This document shows, piece by piece, positions 9,553-19,474 of a DNA stretch of 56,815 nucleotides. This DNA is from Candidatus Micrarchaeota archaeon. GTDB taxonomy: Archaea; Micrarchaeota; Micrarchaeia; Micrarchaeales; CABMGC01. Location: contig JAGWGX010000004.1 in NCBI GenBank assembly GCA_028867145.1, forward strand, positions 1 to 56,815. The letters are read 5' to 3'. A program made the position numbers and the translations under genes. The notes beneath the pieces are model-generated. The model made no database searches. It saw nothing but the letters and a program-made list of their open reading frames with translations, and was not told where the DNA came from. Each line of letters begins with the position of its first letter. Within the stretch, counting starts at the first letter, position 1.

Positions 9553-10413
9553 CTAGACAAGGAAATAGAGCGCCAGGATCACCATCACCAATAGCGCGTT
9601 TGTCCTAATTATGTTACTCGCATTTGAGTATGCGGACCTACTCTTCGGCGAAATCACGAGCCTCATTGCGTACATTGCTATCAAATAGGGAATTATCAGC
9701 AGCAGGGAAAGCTTCCAGTTTAGCTTCACCAAAGCAAAATAAAGCATCGCTCCAAACACAGCCGTTATGACCACAAACTGGTACACTAACGTGTTCTCCT
9801 TTCCGATCACCACCGGCAGCGTCATCTTGCGCTCTGCCTTGTCTCCCTCGATGTCCCCGTAATCCTTAATCACCGCAAATCCCATGTTGAAGCAGAATAT
9901 GAATATAGGCATCCAAAGCAGCGATTCAAAAAGGGCCAAGTTTGACGACGAAAAGAAAAACCCGATTGCGAAAGCCACCGGCCCGTAGAAAAGCGCGATG
10001 AACGCATAATTTAGGAATAGGACATCCTTTGCCTTAATTAAGAAGTTGTAATTTATCAGCATAAAGTAAGCGATTATTATTGCAGCCTTGAGGTAAACGT
10101 TCCCATACACAAAGAAAGGAATCGTTCCCAATATTAGCACGCCCGCGATAAGAGGAAGGGCCTCCCTTTTGTAATGCTTGTGCATCATCTCGCGCTTTTT
10201 GTTTATGCGATCTATCTCCCAGTCAGCGTAATTGTTGAGCACATTTGGGGTAACCTGAAGTATTCCGATCAAAAACATGCTTCCAAGAAGCGTCAATGCA
10301 CTGATTTCACCAGAGGCAACCACGCCCAAAAGCGCCGTGGGTATGACCACTACAAGTATCATGCCTATGAAAACCTCGCTGAATAGCAGAGATATTTTTT
10401 GGGACAGCTCCAT
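9553..10413 (-). CDS. UbiA-family prenyltransferase
   Basis: NNYADWEIDRINK and KDYGDIEGDK..KMTLP aspartate-rich motifs, multiple TM helices; start ATG 10413. Confidence 0.85.
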   Translation of the reverse strand: MELSQKISLLFSEVFIGMILVVVIPTALLGVVASGEISALTLLGSMFLIGILQVTPNVLNNYADWEIDRINKKREMMHKHYKREALPLIAGVLILGTIPFFVYGNVYLKAAIIIAYFMLINYNFLIKAKDVLFLNYAFIALFYGPVAFAIGFFFSSSNLALFESLLWMPIFIFCFNMGFAVIKDYGDIEGDKAERKMTLPVVIGKENTLVYQFVVITAVFGAMLYFALVKLNWKLSLLLIIPYLIAMYAMRLVISPKSRSAYSNASNIIRTNALLVMVILALYFLV

Positions 10414-10551
10414 TTTTACGCCATTTATCGGTGCCCAAAAGAAGGCACCCCTACAACCACTTATACCCCTTAGCAAGCTTTTAAAAGCTTCGTTTTTCTC
10501 TCTGTAAATGTATATATATGAGAAAATGCAAATTAAAATACAGGGGGGAGT

Positions 10552-11424
10552 GTGGGGAAAATTAATACACGTGAGCGAAGCTTCGGCAAGTCGGGCGACG
10601 TACCGGAGCTCATTAAATTGAAGAATAAGATAGAGCGCGAGGGCCTGGGCAAGGTGCCGCACTTTAAGCATTTTCCAGGGGGCCTTGTCATACCACCTGA
10701 AATTTCCGCAAGGAGGCTCCAGGAAATCCATAAAATAGAGGTTCCTGGGCAGGCGGACGCGGTTTTGAAGCGGCTTGAGAGGCTGAATTCTTCATGGGCG
10801 ATAAAGGAGAAGGATCTAAGCTATGACGAGCGGAAGGTATGGATGCCAAACAAGGAGATGAGACTTTGGCAGATTCCAAGGAGGACCGGCCTTTTTCTGT
10901 ACTGGATTACAAACCAGACCAAGTCCACTGAGATACTTGAGTTGGGCACCTCCGCAGGCTACTCAGCGATGTGGCAGGCGCTTGGCGCAAAGCCAAACAA
11001 CGGCGTGGTCTACACCGCGGATATGTCGATGCTAAAAATCGGGATGGCAAGCAAGAATTTCAGGGCCGCTGGGGTTGACAACATAGTGCAGCTGCATGGC
11101 ACCATAGCGGAGGTCTTGTCCTCTTGGCACAGGCCCGTCGATCTAATATTCTTGGACGCAGACAAGAAAAATTACGCAAGCTATCTTGAAATGGCGCTGC
11201 CGAAGCTTAAGGTCGGCGGGTACGTTGTGGCCGACAACGCCGTAGATTTCATGGAGCTCATGTCAAGCCTGATAGGGGCCCTAAGGGACGGCGCAATAAA
11301 CGGCTTCAAGCTGCATAGCTATGTGCTTGGCCTTGATAATGGGATTTATATCATAAGGAAAGGGGAGCCAATAGATAATAAAATGATTACTTCCTTCTTC
11401 AATGCGCAGATGGACTCCTTCTAA
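10552..11424 (+). CDS. SAM-dependent O-methyltransferase (caffeoyl-CoA/TrmR-like) with N-terminal extension
   Basis: ILELGTSAGYS, DLIFLDADKKNY, GGYVVADN. Confidence 0.85.
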   Translation: MGKINTRERSFGKSGDVPELIKLKNKIEREGLGKVPHFKHFPGGLVIPPEISARRLQEIHKIEVPGQADAVLKRLERLNSSWAIKEKDLSYDERKVWMPNKEMRLWQIPRRTGLFLYWITNQTKSTEILELGTSAGYSAMWQALGAKPNNGVVYTADMSMLKIGMASKNFRAAGVDNIVQLHGTIAEVLSSWHRPVDLIFLDADKKNYASYLEMALPKLKVGGYVVADNAVDFMELMSSLIGALRDGAINGFKLHSYVLGLDNGIYIIRKGEPIDNKMITSFFNAQMDSF

Positions 11425-11504
11425 CTCAATTATTAATTCCAAAGCGACTTTGTCTAGCAATACCCTTAAAAATAGTAGTTGAGGAATAGACTACTGGGGT
11501 TGTT

Positions 11505-12278
11505 ATGGTAAGGTTTGGGTTTCCTATTCTCTTGCTGCTCGCCTTTGCGACGCTCAGCGTGAACGCCAACTTCAACGTGACCTCCCTCAACACGACCCTC
11601 ATACTAAACACGAACGGGAGCGCGCACGTGGTCGAGGCGCTGACGCTCTACATCTCCAACAGCTCAATCGCCCAGTACCAGCAGGACAGGCAGGCGATAA
11701 ACTTCACCCTCACCAACTGGCAGGCGGCGCTAAACACCAACCTGCTGGTTGAGCACATACTAAACTCCAAGTCTTCTGTCTATGGCTTCACCTTCCTCCC
11801 GGGGCCTGTTGCCTACTCCGGAACAAGCGGTAACGCTCAGCTCACGCTCAGCTACTTTGTGAACAATGTGACCTCGGTCAAGACAATCGCCCCAAGAAAG
11901 TTCCTATACACATTCAATGATGCGGTCTTCAACTTCGTGCACACCGCAAGCGGGCAGAGCCTGCCGCAGATAGGCAAGATGAACATCATCGTGCCAAAGG
12001 GCTCGCAGATAGTATCCATCTACCCGGTCCCTGACTTCCCTGCCCTCTCGTTCATCTCAAACTACACTGGCTCAACCACATTCACCTGGATCAGCCAGAC
12101 GCCGCTCTCCGCATTTAGCTTCTCATACATCATAACCGAGTCTCCGGGCCAGGAGGTCGCCGCCTTCTTTGGCACCCTGTACACCAACTACAGCGCGCTC
12201 CTCTTTTTGCTTGTCGCGATAGTCCTGCTTGCGCTCGTGGCGTACCTTTACCTGCGAGTCTCCAACACCCAGGTGTAA
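11505..12278 (+). CDS. Secreted protein with a C-terminal membrane anchor
   Basis: Signal peptide, several N-x-S/T sequons, C-terminal TM helix. Confidence 0.8.
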   Translation: MVRFGFPILLLLAFATLSVNANFNVTSLNTTLILNTNGSAHVVEALTLYISNSSIAQYQQDRQAINFTLTNWQAALNTNLLVEHILNSKSSVYGFTFLPGPVAYSGTSGNAQLTLSYFVNNVTSVKTIAPRKFLYTFNDAVFNFVHTASGQSLPQIGKMNIIVPKGSQIVSIYPVPDFPALSFISNYTGSTTFTWISQTPLSAFSFSYIITESPGQEVAAFFGTLYTNYSALLFLLVAIVLLALVAYLYLRVSNTQV

Positions 12279-12280
12279 AT

Positions 12281-13756
12281 TTGCTAAGTCCTCTCGAGTT
12301 TAGGATAATCTCCCAGCTGCAAAAGGCGAAGGGAGGAATCAGCGCGGAGCAACTTGCTTCAGAGCTGCAAATCAGCAAGGACACCCTCTATTCCACCGCG
12401 GAAAACCTCTCCGTGCTTGGATACGTTGAGCTCAAAAAATCCAGTTCAAAGGAGGCGCAAATAACCGATGAGGGCAAAAGCTACGCAAATGCGGGACTTC
12501 CCGAAACGCAGCTCCTAAGGAAGATCTCAAGGAAATCAATGAAGGTCCAGGAACTCTCGGATCCCGTCTCTAGAATTGGCCTGCAGTGGGGAAAGAGCAA
12601 CGGACTTCTCACAATAGACGGGGGTATGCTAAACATAACCGCAAAGGGCAAAGAGGCGCTCTCAGGCGGAATCGCGGAGGAAAAAGTGCTCACAGAGCTT
12701 GGCTCAAGCCCGCAAATTTCCGGCCAATTTGAGTCAAAGCACAAGAGGGAGCTTGAGAATCTGCTAAAAAGAAAACTGATCACAATAAAGGAGAGGAGCT
12801 CTCTTGAGATCTCCCTCACTGCGACGGGAAGCGAGGCGGCGAGCAAGGGACACCTCCCATCAAGCCAGATAAACTCGCTGAATAGGAGCATAATTGCGAG
12901 CAAGGGATGGAAGGGAAAAGAGTTCGAGAAGTACAATGTCAACCTTGAGGTTGCAAAGGAGATTCCTGCAAAGGCGCACCCGCTCAGGAGAATGATCAAC
13001 CAGATCAAGGGCTCGTATGTGAGCATGGGCTTCAAGGAGATCTCGGGCCCGATTGTTATTCCAGCATTCTGGAACTTCGACACCCTTTTCACTCCGCAGG
13101 ACCACCCAGCAAGGGAAACCCAGGACACATTTTACCTCTCAAATCCGCAGCTCCTTGAGATAACAAACAAGGGAGTGGTCGCAAAGGTGAAGGCCGCGCA
13201 CGAGGAGGCTTGGCACAGTGAGTGGGTCGAGAACATCGCAAAGCAAGGTGTGCTAAGGACCCAGATGACAAGCGTCTCGATCCAGGAGCTCTACAACATC
13301 GCAAAGTACAAGGAGTACAAGCTTCCGCTCAAGCTCTTCTCCACGGGGAGGGTGTTTAGGAACGAGAACATCGACTACAAGCACCTAACCGACTTCTACC
13401 AAAGCGACGGGATAATAATCGGCGAGAACCTCACGATGGCAAACCTGTTCGACACGCTCACAAAGATCTACGGCGCCATCGGGATAAAGATAAAGTTCAA
13501 GCCCGCTTACTTCCCGTTCGTGGAGCCAGGCGCCGAGGTGTACGGCTACCACGAGCAGAGAAAGGAGTGGCTTGAGATCGCAGGATGCGGAATACTTAGG
13601 AGGGAGATAACCGGAATTGCGAGAAAGAGCGTTACGGTGCTCGCGTGGGGCTCGAGCGTCGAGAGGCTGCTGCTGATAAAGGACCCCGAGATAGAGAGGC
13701 TCTCGGATCTTTACAACAACGGGGTAGGGTGGCTTAGGTCAAAGAGGCTGGTGTAG
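12281..13756 (+). CDS. pheS: Phenylalanine-tRNA ligase alpha subunit
   Basis: FWNFDTLFTPQDHPARETQDTFY, GRVFRNE, YFPFVEP. Confidence 0.97.
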   Translation: MLSPLEFRIISQLQKAKGGISAEQLASELQISKDTLYSTAENLSVLGYVELKKSSSKEAQITDEGKSYANAGLPETQLLRKISRKSMKVQELSDPVSRIGLQWGKSNGLLTIDGGMLNITAKGKEALSGGIAEEKVLTELGSSPQISGQFESKHKRELENLLKRKLITIKERSSLEISLTATGSEAASKGHLPSSQINSLNRSIIASKGWKGKEFEKYNVNLEVAKEIPAKAHPLRRMINQIKGSYVSMGFKEISGPIVIPAFWNFDTLFTPQDHPARETQDTFYLSNPQLLEITNKGVVAKVKAAHEEAWHSEWVENIAKQGVLRTQMTSVSIQELYNIAKYKEYKLPLKLFSTGRVFRNENIDYKHLTDFYQSDGIIIGENLTMANLFDTLTKIYGAIGIKIKFKPAYFPFVEPGAEVYGYHEQRKEWLEIAGCGILRREITGIARKSVTVLAWGSSVERLLLIKDPEIERLSDLYNNGVGWLRSKRLV

Positions 13757-13759
13757 TTT

Positions 13760-15385
13760 ATGGTAAACGTTCTATTCAACAAAAAATACCTCTTCAGCCT
13801 GCTTGGCTTCAAGCTAGATGACAAGAAGCTCGAGTCATACATCGCCAAGATGGGCTTTGAGATGGAGAGCGCCTCCGCAACCGAGATTGGGATAGAGCTT
13901 CCCGCAAACAGGCCTGACATTGTGGACATTGTCGGATTTGCAAGGGCGCTTAGGAACTTCTTGCACAAAGGAAAGAAGACCAAATACGAGATTAAAAATT
14001 CCAAGCCGCTCCTTCAGATAGATGTGAGCAAGGAGGTTTCGCAGTTAAGGCCTTTCATTGCCGCTCTTGCAGTTGAGGAGATGAAGTTCAGCGAGGAGAG
14101 CCTAAAGCACCTGCTCAATTTCACCGAGAAGTTCACATCAAACTACGGCAGGCAAAGAAAGAAGCTCGCCATTGGCCTTCACGACCTTGACAAGATAATC
14201 CCGCCCCTTGAATACGGCGCGATAAAGGACCAAGAGTTTGCAGCGCTTGGGACATCAAAGAAGATGAAGTTCAGCGAGATACTCAAAAAGCACGAGAAGG
14301 GAATATCATACGCTCACACAATCTCACACCCCTCCCTTTATCCAGTTGTCAAGGACTCGGATGGGGTGATATCCCTTGTGCCTATAATAAATTCAGCGCG
14401 CACAAAGGTGACTGCGGCAACGAGGAACCTTCTCATAGAGATAACGGGCATCTCAAAGTACGATGTTGAGAGATCCGCGGACCTTTTCGCTGCGATGTTC
14501 ATCGACCTCGGCGCGACCATAAAGAAGGTCAAGATAAATTATTCTGGCAGCAGCGTGATCCTTCCAAAGATGGAGTCGCAAAAAATAGAGATTCCGCTCC
14601 TAAAAATAGAAGGGCAAATCGGAGTGATCATCGGATTCAACAATGTGATCTCGCTTGCAAACAAGATGGGCTATTTGGCAGCGCTTGTTGGAAGGAACAT
14701 CAGGTTCTGGATCCCAACCTACAGGCTTGACGTCCTAAACGAGCAGGACATAATCGAGGACATTGCAATAGCGTACGGCTACGACTACATCCAGCCTGTT
14801 CCGCTCTTCTCCGAGCAGATAGGGGAGCTTGGGGAGTCAACAAAGAATTCAATGAAGGTCTCCGAAATTATGGTCGGGATGGGCTTTTCTGAGATGATGA
14901 ACTCATTCCTCACAAGTGATGATATTAACTTCAAGAAGATGCGCCAGGAGGTCGACAAGGAGGGCTCAATTAGGGTTAAGGCCGCGAAGGTGCAGCAGCT
15001 AACAATGCTGAGGACCTCCCTCCTCCCATCCCTTCTTAGGAACTTAGGCATGTCGGTTCATGAGAAGATGCCACAGAAGATTTTCGAGCTCGACTATGCA
15101 TTTGGCCTTGACAAGCAGGTGAATGAGAGGCGCTGCGTTGCGGCCCTGTTTGCAGATCCAAAGGCGAACTTCAACCAGGCAAAGGCAATAGTTGAAGGGA
15201 TGCTGCAGAGCATGGGGATTGAGTACAAAATCAGGGAAACCTTGCACAATAGTTTTATAGAGGGAAGGTCGGCAAACATTATTCTTGACGGGAAAGTGGC
15301 GGGTGTATTTGGCGAGATCCACCCCGAGGTGCTAAGCAACTTCGGGATTGAGGAGCCGACTGTCGCCTTCGAAATTTCCCTTTGA
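13760..15385 (+). CDS. pheT: Phenylalanine-tRNA ligase beta subunit
   Basis: NRPD, R.K.AIGLHD, RLDVL...DIIEDIAIAYGY, LRTSLLP, GEIHPEVL. Confidence 0.96.
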   Translation: MVNVLFNKKYLFSLLGFKLDDKKLESYIAKMGFEMESASATEIGIELPANRPDIVDIVGFARALRNFLHKGKKTKYEIKNSKPLLQIDVSKEVSQLRPFIAALAVEEMKFSEESLKHLLNFTEKFTSNYGRQRKKLAIGLHDLDKIIPPLEYGAIKDQEFAALGTSKKMKFSEILKKHEKGISYAHTISHPSLYPVVKDSDGVISLVPIINSARTKVTAATRNLLIEITGISKYDVERSADLFAAMFIDLGATIKKVKINYSGSSVILPKMESQKIEIPLLKIEGQIGVIIGFNNVISLANKMGYLAALVGRNIRFWIPTYRLDVLNEQDIIEDIAIAYGYDYIQPVPLFSEQIGELGESTKNSMKVSEIMVGMGFSEMMNSFLTSDDINFKKMRQEVDKEGSIRVKAAKVQQLTMLRTSLLPSLLRNLGMSVHEKMPQKIFELDYAFGLDKQVNERRCVAALFADPKANFNQAKAIVEGMLQSMGIEYKIRETLHNSFIEGRSANIILDGKVAGVFGEIHPEVLSNFGIEEPTVAFEISL

Positions 15386-15394
15386 GAAAATGTT

Positions 15395-15841
15395 GTGATA
15401 ATCTTTCGCGATGCGGCAATCCTCCAGGCCCCAATTGAAAGTGGCGCCAAGGTAGTCTACTCCTCTGAGGCGACCCTTATCAACAAATCCTTTGACATCC
15501 GGGTGAGCAACGATTCCCCAAAGAGGAAGGGTTCTGATAAGCGCTTCATGGAGATGGGATTCTTTGAGATAAAATCTATCTCCTCCCTAAAGCGCGGCGA
15601 CAAGATGGAGATAAACAAGGAGCTCTACAAGAGGCAGGCTCAAAGAAACATACTCAACATGAGCGTCTGGAACGGCCCAAACCTGCTAGATCAGGTGATT
15701 GCATTTCCAAAGCTAATTGCGCAGCTCTACGAGATTGATCACAACACAACTGTTGCGCTCCTATCCGAACCTTTCAAGAACGCCTGGGCTTTGAAGGATT
15801 TGCTTAAGTCGCCTAGGCGTGATCCGCAGTTCTACGCGTAG
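15395..15841 (+). CDS. Hypothetical protein
   Basis: 148-aa ORF filling the gap between pheT and rfcL; no recognisable motif. Confidence 0.6.
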   Translation: MIIFRDAAILQAPIESGAKVVYSSEATLINKSFDIRVSNDSPKRKGSDKRFMEMGFFEIKSISSLKRGDKMEINKELYKRQAQRNILNMSVWNGPNLLDQVIAFPKLIAQLYEIDHNTTVALLSEPFKNAWALKDLLKSPRRDPQFYA

Positions 15842-17049
15842 TTTAGTATAGCATCAACGTCCGCCTTGTCCAGGTTGTAGCTCCTTTGGAAGAAGGCGTA
15901 GGTCTTCTCCTCGCCCTCCTGCTCGGTTCCCTCCTTTATCATCAGCTTTAGCATCTGGAGGTAGCTGTTGAAGATGTCCTTCTTGTGCACGTGAAGAACG
16001 TAGATCAGCTTGACCAGCGCGGTCGAGAGCGCATTCCTCCCAGCCTTGCTCTTGCTTAGCTGCCTTATGTTGTTTGGGAACTGGTAGCTCTTCATGAAGA
16101 CCACATCCCCGTTCACGGCAAGCGAGACGCCGCTTGACATGAGGATGCTAGAGTAGCGCATGTATCCGTAGTAGCTCTTGCGGCTTGCCTGGCCATGGAA
16201 GAAGCTCGCCCGCGCAAGCTGCGAGTATGCGCTCACAAGGTCCGACTTCCACGAGTACCTGTTCGGTATGTTCTCATCGATCCAGTTTAGGAGCATGTCC
16301 CCGTCAAGGTCGGTGTTCATGTACGCCATCCTTGCCATGTCAAAGTTCTTTGTTGTGAAGATCTTGTCAAGCACCCCGTAGACCTCAAGCTTTCGATCCC
16401 TTGTCCCGATGTTGTCCATGAGCTCCGGGAGCGCTCCAAGCATTAACTCAAGGTCGTTTAGCCCGCCTCGTATGTCCCCGTTGGATCGCATCGCAAGCTC
16501 CTCAATTACCCCCTCGTCTAGCTCCATCCTCTCCTTGGAGAGCACAGATTTCATCAGCTTCTTCATCTCCTCCTTCGGGACTCGCTTGAACTCGATTTTG
16601 TCCACCGATTCCCTGAGGAAGGTTATCTTGCGGTCCCAGAAATCGTTTGCGATAAAAATCACAGGGTGCCTAGATTCCCTGACGAGCTGCCCGATTATCT
16701 TCTCCGATCCAGAGTCGAACTTGTCGGAGCGCTCGTCTATCTCGTCCATTATTATCAAAAGCTTCCTTGAGAAGAGCCCTGATGAGGTGCTTGCGGGAAG
16801 AAGCGTCTTGTTTAGCGTATCCGCGTCCCTGTAGTCGCTTGCGTTGAACTCCAATATCTCAAATCCGTTTGAGTAGGCAAGCGCATGCGCCGCCGCTGTC
16901 TTCCCAGTTCCAGAAGGGCCATAAAGAAGGATCGGCCTGTGCCTTCCTTTGTGCGCCTCCTCCCCAAATTTCATGAGCTTGCCGATGGCATCATCGTTCC
17001 CGCTCACCTGGTTTAGGGTGGTTGGCGCGTACTTTTCGGCTAGGGGCAT
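15832..17049 (-). CDS. rfcL: Replication factor C large subunit
   Basis: EKYAP, LLYGPSGTGKT, EFNASD, DEID, GDIRG, WIDENIP. Confidence 0.92.
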   Translation of the reverse strand: MPLAEKYAPTTLNQVSGNDDAIGKLMKFGEEAHKGRHRPILLYGPSGTGKTAAAHALAYSNGFEILEFNASDYRDADTLNKTLLPASTSSGLFSRKLLIIMDEIDERSDKFDSGSEKIIGQLVRESRHPVIFIANDFWDRKITFLRESVDKIEFKRVPKEEMKKLMKSVLSKERMELDEGVIEELAMRSNGDIRGGLNDLELMLGALPELMDNIGTRDRKLEVYGVLDKIFTTKNFDMARMAYMNTDLDGDMLLNWIDENIPNRYSWKSDLVSAYSQLARASFFHGQASRKSYYGYMRYSSILMSSGVSLAVNGDVVFMKSYQFPNNIRQLSKSKAGRNALSTALVKLIYVLHVHKKDIFNSYLQMLKLMIKEGTEQEGEEKTYAFFQRSYNLDKADVDAILNYA

Positions 17050-17114
17050 TGCATCACAAAAAGGTATAATAAATAGCTAAACTAATATTATCTCCAAAGC
17101 AATAAAGCACTTAT

Positions 17115-17189
17115 GCTCCTGTCGTCTAGTCCGGTCAAGGACGCTAGCCTCTCACGCTAGCGACCCGGGTTCAAATCCCGGCGGGAGCA
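17115..17189 (+). tRNA. tRNA-Glu(CUC)
   Basis: Acceptor GCTCCTG/CGGGAGC, anticodon arm CTAGC-ctCTCac-GCTAG, T arm CCGGG-TTCAAAT-CCCGG; CCA not encoded. Confidence 0.96.
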
Positions 17190-17214
17190 TATAATATAAT
17201 AAAATAGGCCTTTG

Positions 17215-17886
17215 ATGAAAAGACTCCTTTTGACATCGCACGCGCTGGGAAACAGACATTCTCGCAAGCTATTCTCAAAATTCTTAGAAGAGTTTCCACC
17301 TAGACCAATTGTGGGTTATATACCAAACGCACAACCCAACCCAAATGGTGCAAGGTTAAGGCAAAAATTCTCAACGCTAAAACGCATGGGCTGCAACCCA
17401 GTTCTCATAGACCTAAGATTCTTGAAAGGTGCCAAGCTCAAGAAGAAATTGGACGAAGTTGACATATTATTTGTGGGGGGCGGCAACACATTTTATCTTT
17501 TGGACATGCTAAGGAAAAGCGGTTTCACCAAGATTTTACCCAAGCTTATTAAGCAGGGCAAGGGTTACATAGGCTCGAGCGCGGGTAGCTATGTTGCCTG
17601 TCCAACAATCGAGGCTGGTACATGGAAGCCGAATCACAGCGACAGGAATTTTGTGGGATTAAAAAACCTCAAAGCTCTAAACCTAGTTCCATTCCTAATA
17701 ACTGCCCATTTTCAAGAAAAATATCGTCCCATTATAACTGATGCATCTTCAAGAACAAAATATCCGATTGCAGCCCTTTATGACACACAGGCAGTTTACG
17801 TAAGAGGCAACAAATACAAGGTTCTTGGAGTTGGAAGGAAGGAATACTTTAATAAGTTTAAATCCCCAGGAAGCACTCAAAGATAA
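17215..17886 (+). CDS. Peptidase E (S51) / class I glutamine amidotransferase-like
   Basis: FVGGGNTFYLL, YIGSSAGS, His in TAHF. Confidence 0.88.
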   Translation: MKRLLLTSHALGNRHSRKLFSKFLEEFPPRPIVGYIPNAQPNPNGARLRQKFSTLKRMGCNPVLIDLRFLKGAKLKKKLDEVDILFVGGGNTFYLLDMLRKSGFTKILPKLIKQGKGYIGSSAGSYVACPTIEAGTWKPNHSDRNFVGLKNLKALNLVPFLITAHFQEKYRPIITDASSRTKYPIAALYDTQAVYVRGNKYKVLGVGRKEYFNKFKSPGSTQR

Positions 17887-17901
17887 GAATAGGTTGTTGA
17901 A

Positions 17902-18315
17902 ATGACAATGCAAATACCAAAGGTTCCTGTAAAGATTCCTGGAGCGCTCCAGGACTTCAAGGATTTCGTCTCAAAGGGCAATGTGGCAGGCCTTGCGGCC
18001 GCTGTAGTGTTCGGAGTCGCATTCAACGCAATAATAACCTCATTCATAACCAACATCATAACCCCAATCCTTGGAATCCCCGGACATGCGGATGTATCCA
18101 GCCTTGCGTTCACGATAAACGGGAGTACGATAACCTACGGACTCTTCATCAACGCAATAATAAACTTTCTTGTGATTGCAGCGGTGCTATTCTTCTTCAT
18201 AATTAGGCCCCTCTCCAAAGGCGCGCCTGCAACCACAAAGGCATGTCCTTACTGCTACTCCACAATTCCTATCAAGGCAACAAGGTGCCCTAACTGCACC
18301 TCTGCTGTAAAGTGA
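17902..18315 (+). CDS. mscL: Large-conductance mechanosensitive channel with C-terminal Zn ribbon
   Basis: FKDFVSKGNV..LA..VV.G, YGLFINAIINFL, CPYC...CPNC. Confidence 0.9.
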   Translation: MTMQIPKVPVKIPGALQDFKDFVSKGNVAGLAAAVVFGVAFNAIITSFITNIITPILGIPGHADVSSLAFTINGSTITYGLFINAIINFLVIAAVLFFFIIRPLSKGAPATTKACPYCYSTIPIKATRCPNCTSAVK

Positions 18316-18317
18316 AA

Positions 18318-18980
18318 TCAGTCCCTTGAGAGTTTCTCAAGTATCTTCTGCAGCTCGGCCCTGCCGTACTGCCCTGGCGCAACCGGCGCTCCAAGCGAAG
18401 AGTAGGCAAAAGGCGCCCCGTAAATATCAGTGACGCTTAGCACCCTTGAGATTTTTCCAATCTCCCCCATCGCAAAGGCAATTAGCCTCCCCTTTTCTGC
18501 GCGCGAATAAAGCTTCATGACATTTACTATGTCAATTGCGTTTTTTGCTGTGGTTGCAATCTTAACAATGTCCCCCAGCTTTTCCATCTCCTTGTATTTT
18601 TTGAGCAACTCCTCAAATGGAGGGGTGCTGTTAAAGTCATGCCAGGAGACTATCTTCCTAAAGCTGCTCTCCTTGAATTTGTGCGCTACCTTATGCTCAA
18701 CGTCCACAAACCTAGGCTCAATCTCCTCCCCTATGCTCTTTAGCATCCCAACCCTCAAGTTTTCATCTCCCCTGAAATTGCCTCCCTCCCACTGTGGCCT
18801 GATTGTCAGTATTGACCTGTGAGCAATTTTGCTAAGCAGCTTTGTAGTCTGCTCGCTAAGTTCACGCCTTCCCGCAAAGTCCGCCCTGACCTCCACAATT
18901 TCCCTCTTTACCCTAGCCACGTCCCTTGCAAACTGCAACTCATTTTTGAGCGGCACTACGACCGCGATGCTGCCCACCAT
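18318..18980 (-). CDS. aroD: 3-dehydroquinate dehydratase type I
   Basis: VEVRAD, ILTIR...EGG, IVSWHDFNSTP, DIVKIA, AMGEIGKISR, APGQ. Confidence 0.92.
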   Translation of the reverse strand: MVGSIAVVVPLKNELQFARDVARVKREIVEVRADFAGRRELSEQTTKLLSKIAHRSILTIRPQWEGGNFRGDENLRVGMLKSIGEEIEPRFVDVEHKVAHKFKESSFRKIVSWHDFNSTPPFEELLKKYKEMEKLGDIVKIATTAKNAIDIVNVMKLYSRAEKGRLIAFAMGEIGKISRVLSVTDIYGAPFAYSSLGAPVAPGQYGRAELQKILEKLSRD

Positions 18981-19056
18981 TAAACCATACCTAGATTGCT
19001 CTTTGCTTATTTAGAGATTTTCTACAACCCAAAAGCGGGACTCCCAAGAAAGTGTT

Positions 19057-19389
19057 TTAGACATGCTCTGAGTACCTCTTGCGTGCGTATATGATTGCCC
19101 GATTTTTGCCCGCTCTTGCAATCTCACTTCTGCTACTCTCTTTACCACTCATCGCTGCAGGCAGCGATATAATCTCCACCTTTTTCCCTACAAAAACTCT
19201 CTTCCCCTTTCCAACCTCAAGCTCGCAAATCACCACAATATCCTCCTCGCTCTCCCAGTTCCTTTCGCAGTACCCAATTGTCGCCAAATTCCTAGGATCT
19301 TCCTTTAACCCAAGGGCGATCGGATCAGCCTCAGAATCAAAGAGCACCGTGATCTTGCCCTCTTCATCTGGACAAAGAGCAAACGGCAC
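19057..19389 (-). CDS. Hypothetical protein (strand uncertain)
   Basis: Fully overlapping ORFs on both strands; the + ORF (19079-19426) has the Ser/Leu/Phe-rich look of antisense shadows elsewhere in this window. Confidence 0.4.
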   Translation of the reverse strand: MPFALCPDEEGKITVLFDSEADPIALGLKEDPRNLATIGYCERNWESEEDIVVICELEVGKGKRVFVGKKVEIISLPAAMSGKESSRSEIARAGKNRAIIYARKRYSEHV

Positions 19390-19474
19390 AACTCCTGCCC
19401 CCTCAAGCTCTGTTAATCCAAAGTAGCATTTCCACCCTGGGAACCTCTAAATACCTTTTATTCGAAGTAAAACC

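Noticed and set aside
10414-10731. 106-aa N-terminal extension of the UbiA ORF
   Set aside because: It runs through an AT-rich divergent promoter and overlaps the methyltransferase on the other strand.
18235-18312. Zn-ribbon tail on MscL as a novelty
   Set aside because: CPxC..CPxC-tailed MscL proteins are a known variant.
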